A stretch of 39,496 nt of DNA from Escherichia phage ZH4: the sequence record OM355495.1; one strand, 5' to 3'. Of the stretch, positions 28,120 to 35,756 are shown piece by piece (the first letter of the stretch is position 1; each line of letters begins with the position of its first letter). A program made the position numbers and the translations under genes. The notes under the pieces are model-generated. The model did no database searches and was not told the DNA's origin. It saw only the letters and a program-made list of their open reading frames with translations.

Positions 28120-28157
28120 CAAAGCAAAGAAACCCAGCAGTCCGAAGACCACTGGGT
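28120..28157 (-). terminator. TE-like early intrinsic terminator after the ligase gene (RNA: CCCAGUGGUC-UUCG-GACUGCUGGG then UUUCUUUGCUUU)
   Basis: 10-bp stem (8 Watson-Crick plus 2 G-U) with UUCG tetraloop and a U-rich tail, 10 nt after the ligase stop; T7 has the host-RNAP terminator TE at the same place. Confidence 0.75.
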
Positions 28158-28167
28158 TGACGTTTAG

Positions 28168-29250
28168 TTAACTCTTAACTGTTGGGTTATCTTCCGTTCC
28201 ACGCCAGCACTTGAAGCTAGGGTGACGAAGGGAGCCATCCGGGAACCGCTCCATGAAGAGTACTTCACACTGCCAGCCTTCGTATGGGTTGTCGAAGCAT
28301 GGTTCGTTGCCTCCTATGCCATAAGGAGCGAAGATGCCGACCGCAGCCAGCGTATCCTCTTTAACCTTAGTAGTGAACTCTTCCTTCTGTCCTTCAGTCA
28401 GACCGCAAGCATTAACTACCATGCCATCCTCAAGTAGAACCTCGAAGCCAATCACCTTACCTTCGTTGGCCTTACCCGGAGTCCCCCACACGAGGCCACA
28501 CACGGTCCCGTCGATGGTCTCCTCAGGCTTCATCTTCCACATTCCTGACTTCTTGCCACGCTTGTATTTACCCAGCGGGTCCTTGACTACCAGACCCTCG
28601 TGTCCTTCCAGACGCTTCTCTTCGTACAGGGAGTTGAGCGACTCAAGGTCATAGACCGTGTGTGACTCAGACAGAACCCAGTCGATTTCAGGGAAGTATT
28701 TCTGGAGGAGAGGGACGATAGCTTCGGCCTTCAGGCGTGTGACGCTATGGATAGGACCTTCGGCTTTCGGGTCAGCAATGGTTGTCATGTCGATGACACC
28801 GTAGACCACAACCTTAAGTCGTGACCGGGCTACCCAGAACGGGACCTTATTTCCGCGTCCAGGATAACATTCAGCGTAGTGCTCATTGCTTGGCTTAAGC
28901 CACTTGGTTCGAATGAGACCTGAGGAGGTGTTGAAGTCCACACCTTTAACCATGACCTCGCCATCGATCATCAGGCCCACACCTTCGTATCCAGCTTGAC
29001 GCAGGAACCATCGCCAGTCAGCTTGGGTCCACGCATTACCTAGCTCAGAGTTCATCCACTCCAAGGCAGGAAGAGGTTTCGACTCACGGCTTAACCAATA
29101 TGTCTCACCTTCTCGCAGCACCGGAAGGTTCAACCTGACACCATCGTACTTCACTTCAGCTTCTAGAGACCCGGCAGCAGATAGTGCCTTCTTAATACCA
29201 GACTCAGAGTAATCTACAGCGCGGTGCGGGTTGGTTTTGATAGTTGTCAT
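28168..29250 (-). CDS. ATP-dependent DNA ligase (T7 gp1.3 homolog), about 360 aa from ATG at 29250
   Basis: KTNP..AV, EVKYDGVR, DGE.MVKGVDFNTSSGL.RTKW, EGHEGLVVKDP...YKRGKKSG.WKMKPE, GKVIGFEVLLE, SLRHPSF conserved with T7 ligase, including the active-site lysine motif. RBS GGAG before MTTIKTNP. Confidence 0.95.
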   Translation of the reverse strand: MTTIKTNPHRAVDYSESGIKKALSAAGSLEAEVKYDGVRLNLPVLREGETYWLSRESKPLPALEWMNSELGNAWTQADWRWFLRQAGYEGVGLMIDGEVMVKGVDFNTSSGLIRTKWLKPSNEHYAECYPGRGNKVPFWVARSRLKVVVYGVIDMTTIADPKAEGPIHSVTRLKAEAIVPLLQKYFPEIDWVLSESHTVYDLESLNSLYEEKRLEGHEGLVVKDPLGKYKRGKKSGMWKMKPEETIDGTVCGLVWGTPGKANEGKVIGFEVLLEDGMVVNACGLTEGQKEEFTTKVKEDTLAAVGIFAPYGIGGNEPCFDNPYEGWQCEVLFMERFPDGSLRHPSFKCWRGTEDNPTVKS

Positions 29251-29513
29251 TATGATTTGCTCCATGTGTCGAGTTGGTCAGCGAGACCGTTTAGGTAGTC
29301 TGTTGCAGTGTTGTACAGTACGTCTTCATCGTGGTGTGCGAATGTCTCAAGCGTGAAGATGTTACCAGCTCGGTCCTCGACCCTGAGTCTCATACACTCT
29401 TGGCGTGACACATGGTCTTGAAACTCCTGAGATATGACAGCGAAGTCTAACTGATAGAGCCTGTTACACGCTGCTTTGAAAGCGTTTAGGTTGCCACTAT
29501 AAAGTCGGCCCAT
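29250..29513 (-). CDS. gp1.2 homolog (inhibitor of host dGTP triphosphohydrolase), 87 aa
   Basis: MGRLYSGNLNAFKAACNRLYQLD...RLRVEDRAGN...HHDEDVLYN..TD.LN matches T7 gp1.2 (MGRLYSGNLAAFKAATNKLFQLD...). Confidence 0.9.
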   Translation of the reverse strand: MGRLYSGNLNAFKAACNRLYQLDFAVISQEFQDHVSRQECMRLRVEDRAGNIFTLETFAHHDEDVLYNTATDYLNGLADQLDTWSKS

Positions 29514-29517
29514 AGCG

Positions 29518-29697
29518 TTATGCTCCTACGAAGTATTTCTCTTGGTTGACCATAGAGTCTTTACCTTCAGCATTACGGAAAGCACCCTTGACACCACCGC
29601 CACGCTTGGTCTTGTTCAGCTTGCGGCCCTTCGGAATGTAATCTTCAGTCTGCTGACGTTCACGGATTCGCTCGAAGTTGATAGTGTTCTGATACAT
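29518..29697 (-). CDS. gp1.1 homolog, 59 aa
   Basis: Own translation MYQNTINFERIRERQQTEDYIPKGRKLNKTKRGGGVKGAFRNAEGKDSMVNQEKYFVGA; KGRKLNKTKR matches T7 gp1.1. Below the track 60-aa cutoff. Confidence 0.7.
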   Translation of the reverse strand: MYQNTINFERIRERQQTEDYIPKGRKLNKTKRGGGVKGAFRNAEGKDSMVNQEKYFVGA

Positions 29698-29733
29698 GTG
29701 GTTTAATCTCCAGTAGTTTACGTTATGTTAGGG

Positions 29734-29776
29734 TTAATCATGAAGGCCACGACTTTGAGTCATGACCTTGAGTCTA
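29734..29776 (-). repeat. Conserved 43-bp element copy 2 (putative RNase III site, R1.1 position) between the phi1.1 promoter and gene 1.1
   Basis: Plus sense TTAATCATGAAGGCCAC...ATGACCTTGAGTCTAA; lies in the 5' leader of the phi1.1 transcript, matching the T7 R1.1 location. Confidence 0.55.
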
Positions 29777-29797
29777 ATCCTATAGTGATAGTTTAGG
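29775..29797 (-). promoter_or_regulatory. Phage RNAP promoter (phi1.1-like), minus sense CTAAACTATCACTATAGGATTAG, +1 near 29780
   Basis: Consensus copy upstream of genes 1.1-1.3. Confidence 0.8.
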
Positions 29798-29872
29798 GTT
29801 AACCTCTTCTGCGTTGGATTAAAGTGAATACTGCTAGTGCTCCCAGCCAAAAGGCCAGTAACTGTAGGTCTG

Positions 29873-30073
29873 TCATTTGGTTGCCGCCTCTTTAAGGGCT
29901 TGCTCGTGCGTCTGCTCCACCTGCTTAACCAGCCACTTGAACGGGACGTTAAGCTGCTTTGACATCTCGGTAGGGATGACAGTGGTCTTCACCAGACCCT
30001 TGCCGTTGTGTTCTGTTACGGTCACGATTTGAGTACCACCCTTAACGCCAGTCTGCTTGTGTGCAAATTCCAT
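29873..30073 (-). CDS. Hypothetical protein, 66 aa, between RNA polymerase and the phi1.1 promoter
   Basis: Track ORF with ATG and RBS AGGAGAG; overlaps the RNAP stop by 13 nt; lysine/threonine-rich; no T7 counterpart recognised. Confidence 0.55.
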   Translation of the reverse strand: MEFAHKQTGVKGGTQIVTVTEHNGKGLVKTTVIPTEMSKQLNVPFKWLVKQVEQTHEQALKEAATK

Positions 30074-30085
30074 AACTCTCTCCTG

Positions 30086-32767
30086 TTAAGCGAATGCAAA
30101 GTCTGAAGACAAGATGTCTTCGATATTCAGTTTACCTTTCTTCGGAAGCTCAGGCAACTTGTCGCGCTGGCTCTCATGAAGCTGGTATTCGAACTGCTCG
30201 TAGAAGTCAAGCAGCACATCGTTGTCGCGGTAGGTCTCAACCATTGTCTCACGGACTCCACGGAACAGATACTCAGCGTCAGCCGGGATGGTCCCGAAGC
30301 TATCGTGAATCACTGCGAATGACATCACACCATACTTGCGGTGCGTGTGGACTACAGTCTTGCGGAGGTGGCTACCATCTTGTGAGTGGACGAAGTTCGG
30401 GCTGATGCCTGACTCCTGCTTGTGCTTGTCCAGCTCTTTCTTCGTGCCTTTGTTGACTGTAGGCTGAAGGTTGAACGACCCTAAGAACATCAGGTTCAGA
30501 CGAGTGGTATCCTTCTTGCGGTATTCCTGCCAGACCGGGAAACCATCAGGTGTGACCCAGTGTACCGGAAGGCAAGGCTTCAGGATTTCTCCAGTCTTCT
30601 TGTCTTTCACTTCAGCAGCCAGCAGCTTGGCAGCACCTTGAAGCCACTTCATCGCGTCAACCGCAGCAACTACGGTCACACTCACAGCTTCCCAAATCAT
30701 CTTAGCCATGAAGCGAGACGCTTGGCTTGGCTCGGTGAACATAGCGCCAGACCCTGAGTCAATCGCTGGCATCACGATGTCTTCGTACACTTGGTCTGCG
30801 AAGCCATACTCTTTCGACCCGTAGGCCAGAGTCATTACTGAACGCTTAGTGACCTTGCGTGACATACCGTAGGTCAGCCACTGACGGGCCAGCTCTCGTG
30901 TCCCCAGCTTGAGACGTTCGGTAATCTCACCAGTTTTCTTGTCCTCGTGAGTTACCATCTCGTTGTCCGTACCGTTAACCAGCATTACTTTAAGCTCCTC
31001 CTCGATGCGATCAGACACGATGCGGTAGATGTCTTGTACCTTCCCGGAAGGCGTCAGGTTTACTGCATGTCCACCGATGTGGTCACGAAGCATCGCGCTG
31101 AAGTGCTGAATCCCAGAGCATGACCCATCGAACGCTATCGGTAGCGAACAAGAGTAAGACAATCCGTGGTGCATTACTCCAGCATACTCGAAGCAGAACG
31201 CAAGGAAGCAGAAAGGAGAGTCTAGCTTGCCCCACCACTCAATGTTATCCATCGGTGCCTTAGCGGTAGCCATGATGTTGTCGTGATTGTCTTCCACCCA
31301 CTTGATGCGCTCCTCGAAGGTGACTTTATCGACGCCAGCACAGTTTGCACCATGGACCTTCAGCCATTTGAAACCATCAGCGCCAATAGGCTTGCCGACT
31401 GCAAGAGTCAGGAGACCCTTCTGCATGTCGTTACCCTGAGGGTTGAACATCGGGACAGCGTAGACACGACCCCGCCAGTCCATGTTGTACGGGAACCAGA
31501 TGGCCTTGAACTGAGAGAACTTGTTCGCTTGGTTAACGATAAAGCTCAGTGACAATCTGCGTGACTGTCTGGCCTTCTCGCGGCGATAGATACCAGCAGC
31601 AGCCTTCTTCCATGCCTTGAGTTCCTCCTCTGTCTCACCCGCATAGTCCTCAGGCTTCAGTGGTTCCATCTGAGGGATGTCGTCAATAGGCGTGTTGTTC
31701 AGCTTCTCGACCATGTTCACCACGTCCAGAACCTTCTTGTTCACTTTCCAAGGTGTATTCTGAATGATGTTCACAGCGTCATAGACTTCAGGCATGTACA
31801 CGTCTTCGTAACGTGCTACCGCAGACTTAGACCCTAAGCGAATCAATGGTAACGGTCTGCGACCTTTGGCCCAGTACCCACCGCCTACGACACCAGTCCA
31901 CGGCTTAGGTGGAACGACGCAAGGTTGATAGACTGGTGCGATACCCGCAAGGCTAAATCCACGTTGTGCCATCTTCTTTACCCAGAAGTCTGACAGGTGG
32001 ACCATCTCAACGTCAGCCGCTGCATTGCCAGCACCATAACGCTTAAGCTCGACCAGTTGAGTAGACTGGATGACAATCTCAAGCATCTTGATGCCAACGT
32101 GTACCGCCTCGGTCGGACTCCAAGTACCCCACGCATCTTCCAGTTGACCTTGCTCCAGCATGGAGGTCTCAACCGCTTGCATGTAGGCTTTCTTATAGGA
32201 TACCCCGGCTCGCTTGTTCAGGTTCTCAGCTATCGCCTTCTTGAAGTGCTCCTGCTCCTTGTCCCGAATGCGACCGAAGCGGATTTCATCTTCGAGTGTA
32301 CGGCCTATCGCTGAGGCCATCGGTGTAATCGGTATCCCTTCAGGCTTTACCAGCTTGGAGAGTATGACCTTCAGTATGATGACCGCAGCAGACTCGCAAG
32401 AGATACGCAGAGAGCGGTCCTTGACGGCCTTCCCTTCAGTGCTCAACATGGTGAACGCTACGCTAGGACGAGAGGTTGACAGCTTCCCGTCTGGGCCTTC
32501 GTGCCACTCCTTGACGGCTTGCGCAATCTTAGGGACCAGAGTCTGCATCAAAGGCTTGGCTACCTGATTGTCTGCCAGTTCTCCGCGCTCAGTCTGTCGC
32601 TCAAGGTTCTTAATGAAACGTCGCTCGCCTTCAGTGTATGCCTCATGCTCGAGCTGAAGTTGTTTTACTGCAAGGTCTTGCCCGTAGTGGTCGGCCAGCA
32701 GGTTAAACGGCTCAATAGCGTTCGACACATCAGAGAAGTCGTGTTTATCGATAGAGATGACGCTCAT
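30086..32767 (-). CDS. Single-subunit DNA-dependent RNA polymerase (T7 gp1 homolog), 893 aa
   Basis: Collinear with T7 RNAP over the whole length (DFSD...PFN.LADHYG, FQPCVVPPKPWTG..GGGYWA.GRRPL, WFPYNMDWRGRVYAV.MFNPQGNDM.KGLLTLA.GKPIG, DGSCSGIQHFSAMLRD, SVMTLAYGSKE.GF, HDSFGTIPADA, C-terminal FAFA). Specificity-loop region reads QPTVNKGTKK where T7 has QPTINTNKDS. Confidence 0.98.
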   Translation of the reverse strand: MSVISIDKHDFSDVSNAIEPFNLLADHYGQDLAVKQLQLEHEAYTEGERRFIKNLERQTERGELADNQVAKPLMQTLVPKIAQAVKEWHEGPDGKLSTSRPSVAFTMLSTEGKAVKDRSLRISCESAAVIILKVILSKLVKPEGIPITPMASAIGRTLEDEIRFGRIRDKEQEHFKKAIAENLNKRAGVSYKKAYMQAVETSMLEQGQLEDAWGTWSPTEAVHVGIKMLEIVIQSTQLVELKRYGAGNAAADVEMVHLSDFWVKKMAQRGFSLAGIAPVYQPCVVPPKPWTGVVGGGYWAKGRRPLPLIRLGSKSAVARYEDVYMPEVYDAVNIIQNTPWKVNKKVLDVVNMVEKLNNTPIDDIPQMEPLKPEDYAGETEEELKAWKKAAAGIYRREKARQSRRLSLSFIVNQANKFSQFKAIWFPYNMDWRGRVYAVPMFNPQGNDMQKGLLTLAVGKPIGADGFKWLKVHGANCAGVDKVTFEERIKWVEDNHDNIMATAKAPMDNIEWWGKLDSPFCFLAFCFEYAGVMHHGLSYSCSLPIAFDGSCSGIQHFSAMLRDHIGGHAVNLTPSGKVQDIYRIVSDRIEEELKVMLVNGTDNEMVTHEDKKTGEITERLKLGTRELARQWLTYGMSRKVTKRSVMTLAYGSKEYGFADQVYEDIVMPAIDSGSGAMFTEPSQASRFMAKMIWEAVSVTVVAAVDAMKWLQGAAKLLAAEVKDKKTGEILKPCLPVHWVTPDGFPVWQEYRKKDTTRLNLMFLGSFNLQPTVNKGTKKELDKHKQESGISPNFVHSQDGSHLRKTVVHTHRKYGVMSFAVIHDSFGTIPADAEYLFRGVRETMVETYRDNDVLLDFYEQFEYQLHESQRDKLPELPKKGKLNIEDILSSDFAFA

Positions 32768-32836
32768 ACTTAAAGTCCTTGTTATTAGTCTTTCACTTAA
32801 AGTCTCTTTGGTCTTTCACTTGGAGTCTTAGACCTT

Positions 32837-32859
32837 GAGTCCTATAGTGATAGTTAAGT
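32837..32859 (-). promoter_or_regulatory. Phage RNAP promoter directly upstream of the RNAP gene (minus sense CTTAACTATCACTATAGGACTC, +1 near 32842)
   Basis: Near-perfect consensus copy about 75 nt upstream of the gene 1 ATG; the leader contains tandem AAGUGAAAGAC repeats and an AAGGA RBS. Confidence 0.7.
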
Positions 32860-32864
32860 CAGAA

Positions 32865-33125
32865 TTACTTGAATATCAGCGGGTTAGCGTGAAGATGACT
32901 GAAGTCACCGTGAGTCGTGTGCTTGATTGTTGACCGTTGGTCTATCGCCTTCCAGCCTGAGACCAGAAGTTTACCATCGTCTGTGCTTGGTCGTCCACCA
33001 TACACCAGACACATCAGCTCGGACTTATGGCCCTCTGCTATCATGCGGCGCTGTAGGAACATATCGCGCTGTACTTGCTCCATGCGGCTACGGCTTGATG
33101 ATTTATTAGTGTATACGGTTTTCAT
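32865..33125 (-). CDS. Hypothetical early protein, 86 aa
   Basis: Track ORF in the early region between the Ocr and RNAP genes; no recognisable motifs; T7 has genes 0.4-0.7 here. Confidence 0.45.
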   Translation of the reverse strand: MKTVYTNKSSSRSRMEQVQRDMFLQRRMIAEGHKSELMCLVYGGRPSTDDGKLLVSGWKAIDQRSTIKHTTHGDFSHLHANPLIFK

Positions 33126-33328
33126 TACAGTTTACTCCCAAGTGTTGCTATATCCCAGACGTTCGCTAAGTTGCGCATGAATCGTCCATTAGGTTGACGC
33201 ACAGTCCAGCGACCCAGACGTGCATAGTTGAATTTATAGACTTTGCGTGCCTTGTTGATGTCTCTCACCAGCACGTAGGCGATAAGTCCATAGCCTATAA
33301 CTATCAATACTGCGATACCCATAGTCAT
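33125..33328 (-). CDS. Small membrane protein, 67 aa (early region)
   Basis: Track ORF; N-terminal hydrophobic helix GIAVLIVIGYGLIAYVLV followed by a basic segment; ATGA overlap with the preceding small ORF. Confidence 0.5.
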   Translation of the reverse strand: MTMGIAVLIVIGYGLIAYVLVRDINKARKVYKFNYARLGRWTVRQPNGRFMRNLANVWDIATLGSKL

Positions 33329-33429
33329 ATACCCCAGAACAGTTGAGTCAGGACCGGAAGTTTACCGACCAGCGTGAATACTCCCCACGCTACGAATCCA
33401 GATGCAGTCCAAATGATTGCAGTGCTCAT
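33325..33429 (-). CDS. Small hydrophobic peptide, 34 aa (early region)
   Basis: Own translation MSTAIIWTASGFVAWGVFTLVGKLPVLTQLFWGI with RBS AGGAG 6 nt upstream; translationally coupled to the next ORF. Below track cutoff. Confidence 0.35.
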   Translation of the reverse strand: MSTAIIWTASGFVAWGVFTLVGKLPVLTQLFWGI

Positions 33430-33496
33430 AGTTAGCTCCTATCAATTTAAGTGGTAATCTTTGAGGCCACCTATCATTTAGATGACCTCTCGTCTA

Positions 33497-33646
33497 TCAC
33501 TCAGTGTGCGAACTGTCGTACATGCTATTGCGGACCTCATAGACCACTTTCAAGAGACGCATAGCCGCATCGTGGTTTAACTGCCCAGTCTTGACCATAA
33601 TCCGGGCGTAGGTGACGTGGTGCTGGCAGAGACCATAAGTTACCAT
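33497..33646 (-). CDS. Small ORF, 49 aa, translationally coupled to Ocr (TAATG overlap)
   Basis: Own translation [49 protein letters not shown]; no RBS evaluated; low confidence. Confidence 0.3.
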   Translation of the reverse strand: MVTYGLCQHHVTYARIMVKTGQLNHDAAMRLLKVVYEVRNSMYDSSHTE

Positions 33647-34152
33647 TACTCGCAGTCCTCGTCAGCCGCAGGGTCGAACACTACGTTATCGTCGATGTCT
33701 TCGACTTTCAGGTGGCGACCTATCACATAGTGATCCTTGGCACATGCAGTAGCGACCTCAAGAGACACAGCTTGCTCAATGAGTACACCTGTCTTAGCGT
33801 CGACTACCCAATACTCATCCTCCTCGTCGCTCTCTTCAGCCTCAAACCATACCACATCCGAGCTATTAGACACGTCGTTATAAAGCGCCTCATAGATGCG
33901 AGCTTGCAGTATACGCGTTACGTCCTTGGTCTCAGGCATCAGCCCAGAGTCCTCAAACTCATGGTCTATACCATCAGCAGCCATCACCGTAAAAATCTCG
34001 TGGTAATAGTGCGGAACCTGACCGTCTACGACTTCATGCAGCGCATCGTGGTAGTCATCGCTTTCAGCTATTTCGTCGTACTGAATACGCTCGTTAAATG
34101 CTTTAACGGTTGCGGCCAGCAGCTCATAGTATGCGTTAGCGTTACGTTCCAT
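33646..34152 (-). CDS. ocr: Ocr-like DNA-mimic anti-restriction protein (T7 gp0.3 homolog) with a C-terminal extension, 168 aa
   Basis: [66 protein letters not shown] matches T7 Ocr ([66 protein letters not shown]). First gene after the host promoters. About 50 extra C-terminal residues beyond the acidic tail. Confidence 0.9.
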   Translation of the reverse strand: MERNANAYYELLAATVKAFNERIQYDEIAESDDYHDALHEVVDGQVPHYYHEIFTVMAADGIDHEFEDSGLMPETKDVTRILQARIYEALYNDVSNSSDVVWFEAEESDEEDEYWVVDAKTGVLIEQAVSLEVATACAKDHYVIGRHLKVEDIDDNVVFDPAADEDCE

Positions 34153-34345
34153 AGTTATATCCTCTCAAAGTTGTTTGTGTATGTTAGTGACTATCAGTCA
34201 GGGCCTTCAGATGTAGACTCAAAGACCCTGTAGTTAGTCGCTATCGGCGCACATTAAGAGTTTATCCAGATTATTAAAGAGCATTCGCGTTGGCTGTCGT
34301 CGCCGTGCTATCCCGTTTCAGTGTTGGGACTCACCGTTGTTTCGA

Positions 34346-34382
34346 TGTGGTACAGCTTACAGCTTTTAAAGGAGGCTGTCAA
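34346..34382 (-). promoter_or_regulatory. Host sigma70-type early promoter (T7 A3-like): -35 TTGACA, 17-nt spacer, -10 TAAGCT, then GTACCACATCGAAACAACGGTGAGTC
   Basis: Minus sense TTGACAgcctcctttaaaagctgTAAGCTgtaccacatcgaaacaacggtgagtccc; the downstream segment closely resembles the T7 A3 initial transcribed region (GTACCACATGAAACGACAGTGAGTCA). Confidence 0.65.
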
Positions 34383-34494
34383 CCTGTTATTCTTTTATGC
34401 GATGAGTGACCGAATTCGACTCATGGCTAGTGCCTTATCCTTGGCTGGTCTCGGGCAGGTTTCTCGGTTCCTATCCCTACGCCATCTTGCTACG

Positions 34495-34530
34495 TGGTAC
34501 ATATTACTTTAAGTCGGTACATCTTGTCAA
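34495..34530 (-). promoter_or_regulatory. Host sigma70-type early promoter: -35 TTGACA, 18-nt spacer, -10 TAATAT, followed by GTACCAC
   Basis: Minus sense TTGACAagatgtaccgacttaaagTAATATgtaccacg, about 350 nt upstream of the Ocr gene; near-consensus hexamers. Confidence 0.7.
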
Positions 34531-34779
34531 CTACTTTCTGTCATCTGCCTGTTTTTCGTATGACTTATCAGGCTGTCTACTTGACCGGGATGACCCGGCG
34601 TCTTCACTATCCGGTTGTTGCCGTGTCGTGTTGACGGAAGCTATTAAGCCACAATCTAGGACTGTAGTCAATAGTTAATTTGAAATAATATTGATTAAGC
34701 TATCGTCGGCCCATGGTGACTAAGATGATATAGTCTTTGACTAACATGTCTTTGACCTTAAGTCTATATCTTTATGTCT

Positions 34780-35270
34780 ATTAACTGTAGGTCTCTGACT
34801 GTAGGTAATGGCTTTACCGACGGTCTGTGACTGTAGGTTGTTGGACTGTAGGTTGTTGGACTTATGGTTATACAGATAAAGACTCGGAGACAGACCAATA
34901 GTCCCAACCTATCGTCTCCACCTCCACCGATAGTCATGACCTATCGTTGACAAAAGGTATTGACAGCCGGTCCAACCTTATGATATACTGAAGGTAGGGC
35001 CACCCTTGGTCTGGACTGAAAGAGGGCCTGCGGGGGAGACTTGAGGTTCTTGAACTATGAGATGTGGTCTCAAACTTTTGGTCCAAAACTCATCGTCACT
35101 ACTGCAGTCCACAGCCACTGTAGGTCAAGGACCGTAGGTCAGGCGACACTAGGATAGACCAATAAGTAGGATGACCCTAAGTGAGCTTCTATTAAGGTGT
35201 TACCTAAAGTCCTTGACTACAGTAGCTAAGGTCAGTAGAGTAGCGTCAGCTATGAACTGACCTTAGGTCT
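34780..35270. repeat. Repeat-rich non-coding region containing the predicted physical genome ends and collapsed terminal repeat (ACCTACAG / GACCTTAGGTC-type short repeats)
   Basis: No credible ORFs. Multiple CTGTAGGT/CCGTAGGT copies and GACCTTAAGTC-like palindromes. Lies between gene 19.5 (right end) and the early promoters (left end), analogous to the T7 terminal-repeat-proximal CCTAAAG arrays. Confidence 0.5.
34947..34990 (+). promoter_or_regulatory. Sigma70-like promoter on the opposite (plus) strand: tandem TTGACA boxes, 18-nt spacer, -10 TATACT
   Basis: Plus sense cgTTGACAaaaggtatTGACAgccggtccaaccttatgaTATACTg, inside the terminal region and pointing away from the early genes. No downstream ORF. 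Confidence 0.4.
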
Positions 35271-35299
35271 TCCGCTCATGAATCGTTACCATGATTGCG

Positions 35300-35458
35300 T
35301 TAATTACACTGAGACACCAGAGAACATACGAGAGTCTCGACCCACCCGACCCACTGACTTCCAGCAGTAACGCCAGCAGTAAGTAGAACAGCAGCAAGAA
35401 ACCTGTATGTAGCTCGATTGGTCGCCAGAGCTTTAAGTACAGCTTTGGTCTTTGCCAT
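35300..35458 (-). CDS. gp19.5-like small protein, 52 aa
   Basis: Own translation MAKTKAVLKALATNRATYRFLAAVLLTAGVTAGSQWVGWVETLVCSLVSQCN; the TYRFL.. hydrophobic core resembles what I recall of T7 gp19.5; lies downstream of the right-end promoter as in T7. Below track cutoff. Confidence 0.45.
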   Translation of the reverse strand: MAKTKAVLKALATNRATYRFLAAVLLTAGVTAGSQWVGWVETLVCSLVSQCN

Positions 35459-35639
35459 ATGCTACATACCTCCTGTATCTATGGTCGGTGACTATCTGTA
35501 TTGGAGGGATTATGATTAATATCACCCTCCTTCCATCGGTGCAAGCCTTAGGTAAGAACTCGGAGTCTGCCTCCTAAGGTCTTGCATAAAGTCTGCATAT
35601 GTATATTCACTACAGTAATACTATAAGTAACCGGGGGGT

Positions 35640-35662
35640 CTTCCCTATAGTGATAGTTAAGT
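35640..35662 (-). promoter_or_regulatory. Phage RNAP promoter (phiOR-like) downstream of terminase, minus sense CTTAACTATCACTATAGGGAAGA, +1 near 35645
   Basis: Consensus copy about 95 nt after the large terminase stop, preceding the 19.5-like ORF and the genome end region. Confidence 0.8.
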
Positions 35663-35756
35663 CCAAACTCCTTGTAAAACAGTAGGTTAGACTGGTAGTA
35701 ACTATAGGTTACTAACCGCGTATTCATGCAGCTTTCACCCATAGTTATTCATTCAG

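Noticed and set aside
34785-34860. Short tandem CTGTAGGT-type repeats considered as a possible CRISPR array
   Set aside because: Repeat units are only about 8 bp with irregular spacing and no spacer structure; they resemble the terminal-region repeat arrays of T7-like phages instead.
35548-35742. 64-aa minus-strand ORF downstream of terminase
   Set aside because: It spans the right-end phage promoter (35640..35662) and has no ribosome-binding site; the 19.5-like ORF at 35300..35458 is a better candidate for the only gene in this region.
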